NCBI GenBank assembly: GCA_951406725.2
Contig: OX597834.1
Location: 34,286,001 to 34,350,000, forward strand
DNA length: 64,000 nt
Source of the DNA: Octopus vulgaris
Lineage: Eukaryota
Reading direction: 5' to 3'
Position numbers and translations under genes: made by a program. Shown here one piece after another: positions 1 to 13,592 of the stretch. Within the stretch, counting starts at the first letter, position 1. Each line of letters begins with the position of its first letter. Below the pieces are notes generated by a model. That model was not told where the DNA came from. It did not search any database and saw nothing but the letters and a program-made list of their open reading frames with translations.

Positions 1-292
1 GTATATATGGTCATGTGTTTCATTATGTGTGTATATATTGTCATGTGTTTCAGTGTGTGTATATATAGTCATGTGTGTCATCCTAACTATGCTGTGTATC
101 CTTATGCACATACATATACATACACACTTGCACGCAATAGAGTTTTATACAGTTTCTACTCAGCAAATTTTACTCACAAGACATTAGTCAACCCAAAGCC
201 ATAGTAGAAGACACTTGCCCATTCTGTCACTATACAAATCAAACCGGAATCTATATGACCTGCACCACAACACATCAAATATGTCAACTGAC

Positions 293-499
293 CACATTTA
301 TATCTGCCAGTACTTTCTCCAATGTGCTTTTTTTCTGCTGCATCTCTTTGTATTCTGTCTTAATCCTCTTCAGGTTCCCGGATTCTGTGATAACTTGTAG
401 CCCTGCCTTGTTTGCACGTTCTTCCAGTTCTCGAGTCTCTTTCCTGACAGTGTGCAAAGAGGAAGAAGCACTGTCATGTTTTCTAACTGTTTCTTCAGC
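293..499 (-). CDS. CNTRL: Centriolin exon 30 (last in window)
   Basis: AEETVRKHDSA...ETRELEERA...DINV; donor gtcagt. Confidence 0.82.
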
Positions 500-701
500 C
501 TGAAAGACAAAAACATGTGGCTATGGAATTTCAAAGTTGAGAGGCAGAAAACAGAAAGACAGAGAGATAGACAAATACATATGTATGTGTGTGTGTGTGT
601 GCTGGTGCTACATAAAAAGCATCTAGTCCACTCTGTAGTGGTGCATTAGGAAGAAAGGCTGTCCAGCCATAAAACAATGCCAAGACAGACAGTGGAGCTT
701 G

Positions 702-1020
<319 letters not shown>

Positions 1021-1215
1021 TAGGCAGGTACATAGATAGATACACAGGTAGGCAGACAGATAATAAATAGATAGTTAGATAGACAGACAGACAGCTTTGA
1101 ACCCTGCAATGAATTGGCATCCCATTCAGGATGCCTACAGCATTATGTCCAAACTTAGAAGTACCAAAACCTCAAGATTAAGCAACAACTGAAATTGTAT
1201 TAAGAATCTTTGAAC

Positions 1216-1420
1216 CTGTAATTTTGCCTCATTTAAATTCTGTTTGTATTCTTTGAGTTGTGCGTCTGCATCCTTTAGCTGGGCCTGTCGTTTAAACAGA
1301 GTCTTTTCCAAGCATTTGAGTTCATCTTGAAGTTTCAGCTGTTTCTTATAAGATTCTCGGTCTTCAAAACTGGAGTCAGTTGAACTGTCAGTTTCTATAT
1401 AGTTGTGGGGGATGTGTTTC
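1216..1420 (-). CDS. CNTRL: Centriolin exon 29
   Basis: RKHIPHNY...LQDELKCLEKTLFKRQAQLKDAD...; phase 2-0. Confidence 0.88.
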
Positions 1421-2113
1421 CTGGAGAAGTAGAAACAGAAGAATAGGTAAAACTTAGCTGTAAAGAAGTTTAGCAAGATACAACAAGAAATATTTCAGGG
1501 AGAAGAACAAAGTATGAAATTATCTTAGCTCTCTTTAATATATAACTATTTTTAGCCATGTGCCTTCACATGGCTTAGTGGTTTGGGTTTTTGGCTCAAG
1601 GTTGTAAGGTCGTGAGTTTGATTCTAGGCAGCACATTGTGTCCTTGAACAAGACACTTTATTTCATGTTGTCTCAGTCCACTCAGTTGCTTCCCAACTGT
1701 ATAGTCTTGGGCTCAGTTCTACTGTACAGCACTTTGGTAATGTGTTTTCAACTACAGCCTTGGTCTGACTGAAGCCTTGCAAAAAGATTTGACAGATATA
1801 AAAATGAAAGCATCATGTCTTTCTTTCAGGCAGGGAAAGAAAGACATGAGAGCAAAGCGTTCTCTCTCTTTTTTGGAGTTATAGGATCATGCTTAAAGTG
1901 GTTTCATCATTCATGTGTACCATCTTTGCAACATCCACCCACCTTTTATTGAAACTTTTATGAGAGAAACACCTTCCTTTCCAAGAAGAAGAAGGAAGAG
2001 GAGGAGAAGAAGAAGAAGAAGAAGAAGAAGAAGAAGAAGAAGAAGAAGAAGAAGAAGAAGAAGAAGAAGAGCCAGTAAAAGTTAGATGCATATACTGTAT
2101 AGCTCCAGTTTAC

Positions 2114-2274
2114 CGTTTCCTGTTCTGCGACGAAGCCTGTTGTAGACGTAACAGTTCTTCTTTAGCCACTTTATGGTCACACATTAGCTGTCTCTCCTCC
2201 TTCATCATCTTCTCCTGATTCCTCTTTTGACGTTCTATTGCCAAGTCCAAAGCTTCCAGCTCATTCCGCCGTTC
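2114..2274 (-). CDS. CNTRL: Centriolin exon 28
   Basis: ERRNELEALDLAIERQKRNQ...; phase 0-2. Confidence 0.87.
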
Positions 2275-2721
2275 CTGGAATATGCAAGATAGGTCAGAGT
2301 TTACTAGGTTGTTAGGGAAAGGCTATCAGTAAGGGATACAGGTCCAGAAAAAGGAGAGAGATGCTGATGAAGATGACTATGGCAACAACGATGATGATGA
2401 TGATGACGACGACGATGATGATGATGGTGGTGGTGGTGATGAAGAGGAAAAGGGAAGGGGGAGGATAGTGAGGAAGGAGGGAGTTGTGATAATGATGATA
2501 TCAATGATAATGATGATGTTTATGATGAATATGATGATGATAAGGATGATGATGATGGTGGTGGTGATCATCATATTGATGAAGATGTTGAGGTATCAAT
2601 GATGATGGTGATTATAATAATGATAACAACGATATTGTCAATGATGACCACAATGATGTTGATGATGAATATGACAATGACATCAGTGACAACGATGATG
2701 ATGAAGATGGTATCATCTTAC

Positions 2722-2793
2722 CTCCAGCTGTTCTTTCAGTTTGTACATCAACTTGCTCTTTTTCTGTAAAGTATCAGCTTCTTCCCTCTGCAT
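2722..2793 (-). CDS. CNTRL: Centriolin exon 27
   Basis: MQREEADTLQKKSKLMYKLKEQLE; gtaag donor. Confidence 0.82.
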
Positions 2794-2919
2794 CTGTGGG
2801 GAGGAATATCACAATTGAAGTAATTGAGGTTTAACACAGCAGCCACAGGATATTTATTAACCAGCATCTCATTTGAAGCAATTCACTCGTGACTTTGAAG
2901 CAAATTTGGGAAATCACAT

Positions 2920-3215
2920 AAAAGCACTGGTGCTGGTACCACGTAAGATGCACTGGTGCTGGTGTCACATAAAAGCACTGGTGTCATGTAAAAAGCACTG
3001 ATGATGGTGTCGCATAAAAAGCAATGGTGCTGGAGCCATGTGAAAAGTACTGGTGGATAGTGCCACATAAAAAGCACTGGTGATGGTGCTATGTAAAAAG
3101 CACTGGTGCCACATAAAAAGCATTTGTGCTGCATAAAAAGCACTGGTGCCATGTAAAAAGCACTGGTGATGGTGCCATGTAAAAAGCACTGGTACTAGTG
3201 CCATATAAAAAGTAC
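2920..3215 (+). repeat. Minisatellite of 20-26-bp units (GTGCCATGTAAAAAGCACTG)
   Basis: About 12 visible tandem units. Confidence 0.85.
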
Positions 3216-3649
3216 CCAGTACAGTCTGTGAAGTGGTTGGCATTAGGAAGGGCATCCACTTGTGGAAACCATACCAAAGCAAACTGTGGGACCTGGTTCA
3301 GCCTCTGGCCTTGCCAACTCCTGTCAAGCTGTCCAGCCCAAGGCCAGTATGAAAAACAGACATTAAATGAGGATGCTGATAATGATGATGATGAAAACAC
3401 TTGTAAGTCTGAAAAATGTTATTCAGCCTTAGAGCAGCAGTAATACTGTCATTCCAGCTGTGATCATGTTGTTTTTTTCTTCTAGAATAATATACCTTCG
3501 ACAATATTATCAAATGTACCCTTTCATAATATGATTGGGTCTAGTTTGAAGGAACATTATGGCAGAATATATGGTTACTTGATAGAGGAGGCAGTGGGGG
3601 AAACAATAATATGAAATTAAAAGCCAATATGAAATTATAATTGATAAAT

Positions 3650-4430
3650 ACACTAAATGACCACCACTGGAATTGACCAATAGAGTAAATTATCTAACTG
3701 GTCAACATTAATAGAGCAGTAAAATAGATTACCAACCCTGTAACTGACCACTACACTAAATGATTGCCACTATAATTGACCAGTAGAGTTAATGATCATC
3801 ACTGGGATAGAGTAGTAAAATAAATTACCACTACTGTAGCTGACCAGTAGATTAGATGACCACCGACTGACCAGTAGATTAAATGACCACCAATCATAAT
3901 TGATTGATATGTCAAATGATCACCAACTGTAACTGACCATTATAGTAAATGACCACCAGCAGTTAGAGAGTAGTAAAATAAATTCTCACCACTGTAACTG
4001 ACCAACAAATTAAATGACCACCAGCTATAATTGACGAACCATTAAATGACTGCCAATATGATTTACCAGTAGGGTTAATGATCAGTAACAGTAATAGAGT
4101 AGGAAAATATTTTGCTACCAACCATATTTGGCCAGCAAATTAGATTATTGCTACAGTAATTGACCAGTACATTTAATGACTATGAGCTGTAAAGAATCTA
4201 AAATGACTGCTGTTATATTTGGACAGTGCATGAAATGACCACCAGTGTAATTGTCACTGCAACAGACCAGTGAATTAAATGACCACCAACAGTTAACTGA
4301 CCAGTAGATTAAATCACTACCAACTGCAATTATCACTTCTGTAATTGTACAGTGCATAAATAACCACTGTTATAGTTCAATAGTGCAAGAGATGACTTCC
4401 TGTGTAATTGTTAATGACCAATATAAGAGG
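3650..4430 (+). repeat. Degenerate minisatellite of about 33 bp (TAAATGACCACCACTGTAACTGACCAGTAGAT)
   Basis: Recurrent TGACCACCA and CTGACCAGTAG motifs over about 780 bp. Confidence 0.8.
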
Positions 4431-4723
4431 AAATCATGGATAAAGTATCAGGCAGTTAGTTCATAGCTCCTAAAGTTCATTTCCCACTGCAAGTATTCAG
4501 TTTAGCCTCTAAGTTGTTGACCAAATATTACTTCGCCTGAGTATGGTCTGGATTATTTACCTGGTCATCTAGGAATGTTACATAGAAAAAAAACAAAAAA
4601 ACTGGTGTCGTATCCAGGAGGAGAATGACTTTTCATCCACCAAACATTGGAGAATACTTAAAGTTAGGCAGTGGTCCTATGAATTCCCTATGGATTGGAA
4701 AAAAGAAAAAAAAATTACTTCAC

Positions 4724-4786
4724 CTGGTATTGAAACCTTGATTTCCATCGAGCCAGCTTCCGTTGTAGTTTGTCGACTAGATGTTC
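4724..4786 (-). CDS. CNTRL: Centriolin exon 26
   Basis: EHLVDKLQRKLARWKSRFQYQ; completes the motif SNL|E. Confidence 0.8.
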
Positions 4787-5786
4787 CTATCCAAACAGAA
4801 AAAAAAAATGTCATTTTATCAATATCACTACAAGGTTATAATAATTGATCTAATGTTTCAATATGCTGAAATGTGTCACCAAAAAGTAGCTCATTCATAT
4901 CAATATTGTTTTTACATCATAGAAGTATCGTGTCAACCATTTCAAAACACATTCTTGCCTTGAAGAATTTTCAGCCAAATAAATTGACCCTAGCACTTAT
5001 TTTTTGCTTTAAAGCCCGATAATTATTCCACCAGTCTCTTTTTACCAAACTGCTAAGTTATGGGGACATACACAAACCAACACTGGTTGTTGAGCAGTAG
5101 TGGGAGACACACACACACACAAATATACACAACAGTCTTCTTTCAGTTTCTTATTTCTTTACTGCCCACAAGGGGCTACACACAGAGGGGACAAACAAGG
5201 ACAGACGAATGGATTAAGTCGATTATATCGACCCCGAAAGGATGAAAGGCAAAGTTGACCGTGGCGGAATTTGAACATAGCGGCAGATGAAATACCGCTA
5301 AGCATTTCGCCCAACGTGCTAACATTTCTGCCAGCCAAATCCACTCACAAAGCTTTGGTTGGTCTGAGACTTTAGCAGAAGAGACTTTCCCAAGGTGCCA
5401 TGCAGTGGGACTGAACCTGTAACGATGTGGTTGGGAAGCAAACTTCTTACCACACAGCCATGCCTGCACCCATACTTCAAGTTCCGTGCTTGGATAGTAT
5501 AGTAATCAGACAGGCTTGTTTAGTATACAGGCCTCAGTCTGGCAATTGTTCAGATTCTAAAGCCTGAATGGATGAACCTGAATGACTATCAGATCAGGCA
5601 TGATATGCCACACAAGTCTATCTAATTGCTGGATCATGCATAGCATGTTATAAAACCTTTACAATTACTGCACTACCGAAGCAGGAAACTTTAAAAAGCT
5701 CAGATATAACTCTTGTAATTATAACATTACACACACACACACATACACAAAACAAAGGAAATATAGGAAAGGCCTAATAATTTTAC

Positions 5787-5890
5787 CAAATTGCTGTGGT
5801 CTGGAATATTACAGAATATTCCCTCATGTTCTGGATGGTAGCATGTTCTAGAAGGAAAAGTAGGTTGCACATTTGATTCCAAAACAGTCT
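5787..5890 (-). CDS. CNTRL: Centriolin exon 25 (…GIFCNIPDHSNL)
   Basis: Matches the centriolin CNVPEHHxLE-type motif; ccctttcag acceptor, phase 1-0. Confidence 0.87.
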
Positions 5891-6084
5891 CTGAAAGGGA
5901 ATTTCAAATCTTAAGAACATAACCCAATATATACATTCTATATACATTATATTTAGCTTTAACCCTGACTGCACTGATGAAATTTTTGCTAATGGTGTAA
6001 CATGCTAATCATATGCAAATCATTTCTCATGACGTCTTTCCATTGGTCAGTAAAAATAAAATGTGTGTACTACATCATAGTGAA

Positions 6085-6418
6085 GGTGCATGGCTCAATG
6101 GTTAGACTGTTGAACTCACAATCATGAGGTAGTAAGTTCAATTCCCGGACCAGGCTGCATGTTGTATTTTTGAGCAAGACACTTTATTGCACATAGCTCA
6201 AGTTCACTCAGCTGTAGAAAAGAGTTGCAATGTCACTGGTACCAAGCTGTATCATCCCCTTTGCCTTTCCTTTGGATAACATTGGTGGCATGGAGAGGGG
6301 AGGCTGGTATGCATGGGTGACAGCTGATCCTCCATAAACAACTTTGCCTGGACTTATGCCTCGGAGGGGAACTTTCTAGGTGCAATCCCATTGTCATTCA
6401 TGACCGAAGGGGGTCTTT
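6085..6418 (+). mobile_element. tRNA-derived SINE family A (other copies near 14400-14735 +, 35538-35870 +, 12680-12990 -, 28732-28950 +, 1567-1690 +, 17955-18070 -)
   Basis: A-box TGGCTCAATGG, B-box GTTCAATTCC, and a body of about 330 bp shared between copies. Confidence 0.8.
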
Positions 6419-6716
6419 ATTGTAACTACATCATATGAAATGTGAAGAACGCTGGAAAGTATTGCATTATTAAAAATGAGCCAACTCTGTTCCTGTATCT
6501 AAAGTGCATATGCATCAAATTGAGTATACATGGTTCACCACACATGTATTGTAAAGCAAGAAAATAAATAAATAAAAAATTTAAATAATAAGAACAAATT
6601 CAAGTTGAACTTTTAACGATGGGATAAACATTAATCCAGCACCTTCACCTCACAACTACAATAATTCATATAATCTACATTGCAGAAACAACAAAAAAAA
6701 ATACTAAAAAACTTAC

Positions 6717-8045
6717 TTATTGGACTAAATTGTTTCCCATGTTGCCTTCCATAATCTTTTGTGTGCAGGTTGACCGGAGAACTTGAAGCCACTGGGGGGC
6801 CAGGAATTGCTGTGTGGTACTGTATGTTTCCACTTGGATGCATATGTGTCTGGACATCAGGTGGTGCTTGAGGGTGGATTGGTGCTTGTACACTGTATAA
6901 TTTCTGTGGCTCATTGTTTGCTGTTGTAAATATCTGCTGAGGCTGATAGCTTGATGCAGCATGTAACTGTTGAGGTTGATGGTTTGATGCAGTATATGGT
7001 TGCTGTGGTTGATAGCTTGCAGTGTTATGTACCTGTTGTGGTTGATGGCTTGTATTATATAGCGGTTGAGGCTGCTGTGTTTGATAGTTTGTGGAATTAT
7101 ACAGCTGCTGTCTTTGGTTTGTTGTAGAATATAGTTGTTGTGGTTGCTGTTCTATTTCAGAATATAACTGTTGTGGTTGATGGTTTGTAACAGTATATAG
7201 TTGCTGTGGTTGATGGTTTACTGAGTGTCTATATGGCTCCCTGTATTGTGATCCTGAAGTAAACCTAATAGGGTGTCTATGCAGAAGGGTTCCTGTTAAA
7301 TTTGAACCTGCAGTATCATGGCTTTCTGAAGTAGACTGAACAAATGGTTGTTTGAAAGATACTATTTTCAAAGGATTATAATTTTGATAGTGACTTCCAG
7401 TGGGATTTACTGGATACATTGAGTTTTCAGGTTGTATTAAATGTTCTTCAATGCCAGGAGTTAATAAACATGAATTCTTTACAGGTTGTGAGGAAATCTT
7501 CTGTGTGATAACCCCTGCCTGAGTGTGATTCCTAAGGTCTGCCTTTTCAGGTGAAGCCACATATAATATTGGCTGTGTCTGCAATGGTTGTATATTTTTA
7601 GGAGATGAAGTTACAACACCAGAAGGAAACTTTGTAGTTACACCCTGCCAAGTGGGTGAATTACCAGATGAAATAATATCAGCATGAAAGGGGTTTTGAG
7701 GAGCAATATCTAAATTTCTGTTTGCATGAGGGGTCAAATGTACTGTTGTTGATTTCTCTGGTACTGGGTGATCAGGTGCATCATATTGTTCTGCTTCATT
7801 GGTGAATTGTTGCACTGACTCACTCCCTACATGGTCTGGTTGCACCAATATACTGCCAAAGTTTGATGGCTGTTTTGAAGGTATGTAAGCCATATCCATT
7901 CTTCTATCCTTACTGTTTACTAAGACAGGTTGGGGTTGGATATATACATTTGTGGGAGGAGAGACTTGTTGAAGAGTTGGTGATAGTTCTGGAGGCACTT
8001 GTGGAGCAGCAGTCTGATTGAATGGTGAAGGTGATATCTGGTAGT
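6717..8045 (-). CDS. CNTRL: Centriolin exon 24, 1329-nt Q/P/S/T-rich low-complexity exon
   Basis: Stop-free reading frame of about 443 codons; ctttag acceptor, gtaagt donor; phase 1-1 fits both neighbours. Confidence 0.85.
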
Positions 8046-9004
8046 CTAAAGATGAAGAAAGATATTAAATTATTTGTGAGATACATGAGTAAAAAAAATA
8101 TAAAAATTAAATAAACAATATGCATATAATTATAAATACAGTAGTGTAAAGCACACATGATGGTACCACATAAAAGTGTCCATGCAGCAGCACATAAGAG
8201 GCACCTGTATAGTGCCATGTAAAAGCGCCCATACAGTGCCATGTAAAAACACCCAATATACTCTGTAAACTAGTTGGCATTAGAAAGGGCATCCAGCCAT
8301 AGAAACCATATCATCAGAGTGGAATCTGGTGCACTCGCCACCTCCAGCTTGCCAGCTCTGGCCACACTGTCCAATCCATACCAGCATGGACAAGAGATGT
8401 TAAATGATGATGATGATAATGCTGATGATGACAATATGTAGACAAATATGTATAAATACACATATATGAACAAATACTCACGTATAAACACACACACACA
8501 CAAATGCAACATTCACCTCACACGCAAACTGTAACTTATACAATATGATAGCTACTTTAACAACCGTATGACAGTGAAAATGCCTTAAGGCAGTGTTGTA
8601 CATACAAAATACAAATATAACATGGATTCCTTTATGCAATATAGTGAACTGAAAAATCTTGGTCAACTGAGATTATCTATACAATTAGTAGAAAAAAACT
8701 TTTAGGTGTATTTAAAATATAAAAAAAAAAACACGATAATTAAGGGAGATAATTCCTATAAGGTCAGTTGACTGAAATTGCTGGACAATACAGACAATGT
8801 AGAATATAGTAGATCTACTCTTTAAAGTGAACTGGTGAAAATAATGGACATTTTTCAGTTTTATTAAACTTCATTCCTCCTTGAAGTATATTCTGCACAG
8901 TCAACAAAACCAACAGTGACCAATAGATATATAGAGATAGGGGGAATGTAGTGACTTTTACAAAACTATTGACAACAATAATAAATCATTAAATGTAAGG
9001 TTAC

Positions 9005-9098
9005 CATTGTCACTTGGAAAAGCTTGAAATCCATTAAAATGACCAGGGCCATCAGAGATGTATTGAGTGTTGTTGACTTGTGGTAAAGTGGGTTGTGT
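9005..9098 (-). CDS. CNTRL: Centriolin exon 23
   Basis: TQPTLPQVNNTQY...PSDN; phase 0-1. Confidence 0.75.
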
Positions 9099-11165
9099 CT
9101 GTAGAATATAATTATGGAAATATATAAACTATTTGGAAGTCCAGTGAGTTAAGATAATGGATAAAAAGCAAAGCAACACAAAAAAAAACCTCCAAAAAAA
9201 AAAACTGTGTATTGAATAAAATAAGTGTGGCTGTGTGGTAAGAAGTTTGATTCTTAAGTAAATGGTTCCTGGTTCAGTCCCTAGGGCAAGTGTTTTCTAC
9301 AATAGACTTGATGCTGACCAAAGTCTTGTGAGTGCATTTGGTTGACAGAAATTGAAATAAACCTATTGTGTGTGTGTGTATTCATGTTTGTCCATCACCA
9401 CCACTGACTGCTTGACAATCAGTGTTAGTTTGTTTATTTCCCTGTAACCAAGTAGTTTGGCAATAGAGACCAATAGAATACTTATCAGTACTTGGGTTAA
9501 TATATTTGACTAAAACACTTCAAGATGGTGCCCTAGCATGGCTGCAATCCAATGATTGAAACAAGTGTTTTTGTGGGGTTTTTTAACACTACTTAGTATG
9601 CCTCTACTTAATTAATTACAGCTTGCCAAATCTTTGTACACATCAGCAACTGTACCTGTTGCCGTTCTATTATCAGAACAGCCTGTTCTTAGTGGCTATG
9701 AAGGACAATGTGGTTTTTGTAGTCATTGATGTGCAACAGTGTCTAATAATGCAGAAATACATGTGTGCAACAGTCGGTTGATGTTATTCATAGTCCAAAG
9801 GTTTGGTTTTCATATTGTTTATAAAGAAATTTTTTTTCCTCTTGAGACAACTTCTGCAGTATATATCTTTCATTGTCTGAGTGTAAATGAACATGTTAAA
9901 TATGATTGTACCCAGATGTATTTCATTCAATGCAACTTAGTGTGCATCCAATTAATTGGTTACAACTTGCACATCAACAAATGTACCATTTGCTGTCCTT
10001 ATATAAGAACAACATATTCTTAGTTGATATAAAGGTGGTGAGCTGGCAGAATCATGACCACACTGGACATAATCCTTAGCAGCATTTCCTCTGACTTTAT
10101 GTTCTGAGTTCAAACAACACTGAGGTCGACTTTTCCTTTCATCCTTTCAAGGTCGATAAAATAAGTACCTGTCAAGTACTTATTTTATCGACTTACACTC
10201 CACCCAATCAACTTACCCTCCATCCACCCCCCAAAATTGTAGGTCTCATGTTGGAATTTGGAACCAATAAACAATGATTCTGTATCCACAACTGATGACA
10301 CACAATGATACAGAAATGCACGCATCCTATGGTCTGATGATGTCATTCGTAGCTCAAAGGTATGTTTTTCACAAATATAGTCTATAAAAAGAATTTTTTC
10401 CCTTGAGGCAATTTCTGCAGCATATATCTTTCCATGTTCAAGTGTACATGAATATATTAAAGACGATTGTACACAACTACACACACAACTATGTGAACTG
10501 ATTGTTGTCTTTGAAAATTCATTTAAAAAACCCATAAAACGTATTTATCATTGGATTCTATACAGGTTGACAAAACAATTTTAATGTGATATCTACATTT
10601 AAAGCATAAATTTAGAAACATTGAAAAATATGTTCTCTATATGATGGCATAAAAGACAAATGGGCATATTTGATGTACCCCAATTTCAGCAGCACATATT
10701 CAGGGAAAAAAAAGCGTCTTTAGTGCATAAAAGCTTATGGAAGGCCTAACTTCATACAAACAAACAGGGGAGATTTTTTGAGACATTTAATAAAGAAAAA
10801 AAAGTATGTGTTACAAACCAGCAAATATGTTATAATCCAGTAAATAAATCTTCTGTAAATGATGTATTTTGAATATCCATCCAGAGATAAATAAGCAGCT
10901 GGATTGTTATTTGAGATACATCATATGTAGAAGGTTTTAATGAAGTGGTTCTCAACCATTTTTTGACAATGGATACCTTTGATTCTTAGCTCCAGGCCCC
11001 TGAATTTTGTCATAGAGTGAGGGAAACTGTTGCTATAAATTTGGTTGCCTGAAGTAAATCATTTATTATGTGGAAACTATAAAAAGGGCAAAGATCTGAA
11101 ACTTTAAATTTATTCACTGCTTACCATGAATCAGCCCACACCATAGCAGAATATATGCTACTAAC

Positions 11166-11308
11166 CTGAGGTAGATGGGGATCTGTTGAGGTACCTGTTG
11201 AAAATTTGGGCATATTTTCCATATAAGAAGATTGCATGGCTAGTGTCTCTCTCAAAGAGTTGACTTCATCACGGAGTCTGTTCACTTCTGCATCATAAGA
11301 TGGCCCTC
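11166..11308 (-). CDS. CNTRL: Centriolin exon 22
   Basis: RGPSYDAEVNRLRDEVNSLRETLAMQSSY...HLPQ; phase 1-0. Confidence 0.83.
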
Positions 11309-11431
11309 CTGGAAGAAAGAAAAAGATTCCTAAATCTTCCTTTACTGAAAATGTTAGGATCCTTAGTTTAAGGTCAGGAATTAGGATGCAAAAAGATTGG
11401 TTAATTTAAATGTGAGCTACATAGGTTACAT

Positions 11432-11592
11432 AGGTGTAACATGGCTGCATGGTTAAGAAGCTTGCTTTCCAGCAATGTGGTGTTAGGTTCAGTCCCACTG
11501 CACACTACCATGGTCAAGTGCCTTCTATTATAACTCCAGGCTAGCCAAAGCTTTGTAAGTGCATTTGGTCAATGGAAACTAAAAGAAGCTCA

Positions 11593-11595
<3 letters not shown>
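11432..11595 (+). mobile_element. tRNA-derived SINE family B (copies near 5340-5470 -, 9225-9370 +, 15053-15210 +, 19390-19515 -, 20125-20245 +, 22576-22725 +, 23065-23192 -, 60885-61030 -)
   Basis: Shared TGGCTGTGTGGTAAGAAG...GGTTCAGTCCCACTG...TTCTACTATAGCC head, typically followed by CA/TG microsatellites. Confidence 0.8.
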
Positions 11596-11658
<63 letters not shown>

Positions 11659-12365
11659 GTGGAACATGACTGTCACTACATAAGTCTGATGATTGCATGA
11701 AAGCACTGGTTTATTTCAGTATAGTAAAATTGTAAAAATTGTAAATAATAAAATGTGAAAATCAGATTAAGTTGGAGCTTCATTGATTAATACATTCTTC
11801 TGTACACAATCATACAAACTTTCATGAGCCAAAGGCTTATAAGAACAGCTTCTCAGATTCTGCAGTGTATATATTCCTTCCCTGGATGGGACACTGGTCT
11901 GTAACAGGATGACTCATGTTTGCCAACTGAATGAAATGGAGCAACATGAAATGAAGTGTGTTGCTCAAGAATACAGTGCTTATATATTTATATGCACGTA
12001 TATATGTATGTGTGTTTGTACATAGATGCTTGCATACATACATACACACACACATGCACACATGTACATATATATATATACATACTTAAATACACACACA
12101 CATGCGTACATACATATATACATTCACACACACACATACGCTCACATTCACACACACACATATGCTCACACTCACACACACACACACACACACAGATGCT
12201 CAAACTCACACACACATACGTACATACATATATACATATACACACATACACTCACACATACATACATACATACATACATACATACATACATACATACATA
12301 CATACATACATACATACATACATACATACGTACGTATATATTGGGCAGAATGAACTTTTTCATAC

Positions 12366-12479
12366 TTGCGTCTGGGTTTTGGCCGTAAAGTTGATCCAAG
12401 GCACCATTCAAGTTACCGATCTCATCTCGCTGTTGTTCCAGAATGTTATACAGATGACTCAGTTCTTCTTCTTGACCAG
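12366..12479 (-). CDS. CNTRL: Centriolin exon 21
   Basis: AGQEEELSHLYNILEQQRDEI...NPDA; phase 1-1. Confidence 0.85.
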
Positions 12480-13592
12480 CTGAAGGATTCCAAAAAGAAA
12501 AAAAAATGGGTAGTCAGTTTTGGCAACTTCCTTCAGAAGAGAAGGAGAACACAGAATTAGTTGTCGTTGTTGTTGTTGTTGTTTAACCCAAGGTCACACC
12601 TAATTGAGTTGATCTATTAGGAAAAGTATTCCTATTTTATTCCGGAAGATGTCTATGTATGGAGCAAAGCAGTAAAGAATGACCATGGGATTGCACCTAG
12701 AAAGTTCCCCACCTAGGCACAAATCCAGGTAAGGTCACTTATGGAAGACCAACAGTCACTCATGCATACCAGTCTCCCCTCTCCATGCCACCAATGTTAT
12801 CCAAGGGAAAGGCAAAGGGGCCGATACAGCTTGGCACCAGTGATGTTGCACCTCATTTCTACAGCTCAGTGAACTGGAGCAACATGAAAATAAAGTGCCT
12901 TGCTCAAGAACACAACACATAACCCAGCGTAGGAATGAAACTCACCTCATGATCGTAAGCTCAACACTCAAACCACTGAGCCATGCACCTTTGTTGATGT
13001 ATGACTACATTATTTAATGCAATGGTTTTCAACCATTTTTTACCTATTAAACCCCTTTGATTACTATTTAACTCTGGTGGACCCTCATAGACATTCGATG
13101 TTTAAAAACTGGTCATCTGCCTGGACTGTCTGCTGACAAGAGTGGAGGCACATATTGCTCATCCATCTTTCAACACTCTGCGATTAATTACTGTCCAAAG
13201 CAACCTTTTATAGGACACGAGGAGAAAATTCTAAAAGATTAAATCATGCAATGGCTTCATGCTGATTGGTTGCTTAATACACTGACCACATGAAAGTATT
13301 GTGGCTTGATTGTGGTGTCTGACCAGTTACCTAGCGGTTAGGTTTCAAATCACTACCACACCTTTTGTTTTGTAAAGGCAGAGACAGTGTTTAAATATAT
13401 TTCTAGCTATGCAATTCCTGAAAAAAGGTGGGGACGATGATTGTTGGAAACACTTTTGATTATAGGTCAGCTCTTACTGAGCTGACCAAATAACGTGGTG
13501 AGGAATAAACAACAACAACAACAACAACAGCAGTAACAATATCAACAAAAAAAAGCATTAGTAAATAGCTTAAAATTCATTTATACACTGAC

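Noticed and set aside
2920-3215. CRISPR-like appearance of regularly repeated AAAAGCACTGGTG
   Set aside because: Spacers are only a few bases and similar to each other; eukaryotic context, no cas genes, and part of a retroposon.
3650-7225. Common origin of the 33-bp intronic minisatellite and the 33-bp coding repeat
   Set aside because: Same period but no convincing sequence similarity on either strand.
6631-7998. 455-aa ORF as an independent single-exon gene
   Set aside because: It starts at GTG, is bounded by canonical splice sites, and is in phase with the centriolin exons.
11956-12483. Long HTYI/CVYM ORFs (also 33329-33699, 36796-37384, 17142-17568, 54394-54621)
   Set aside because: Translations of microsatellites, not genes.
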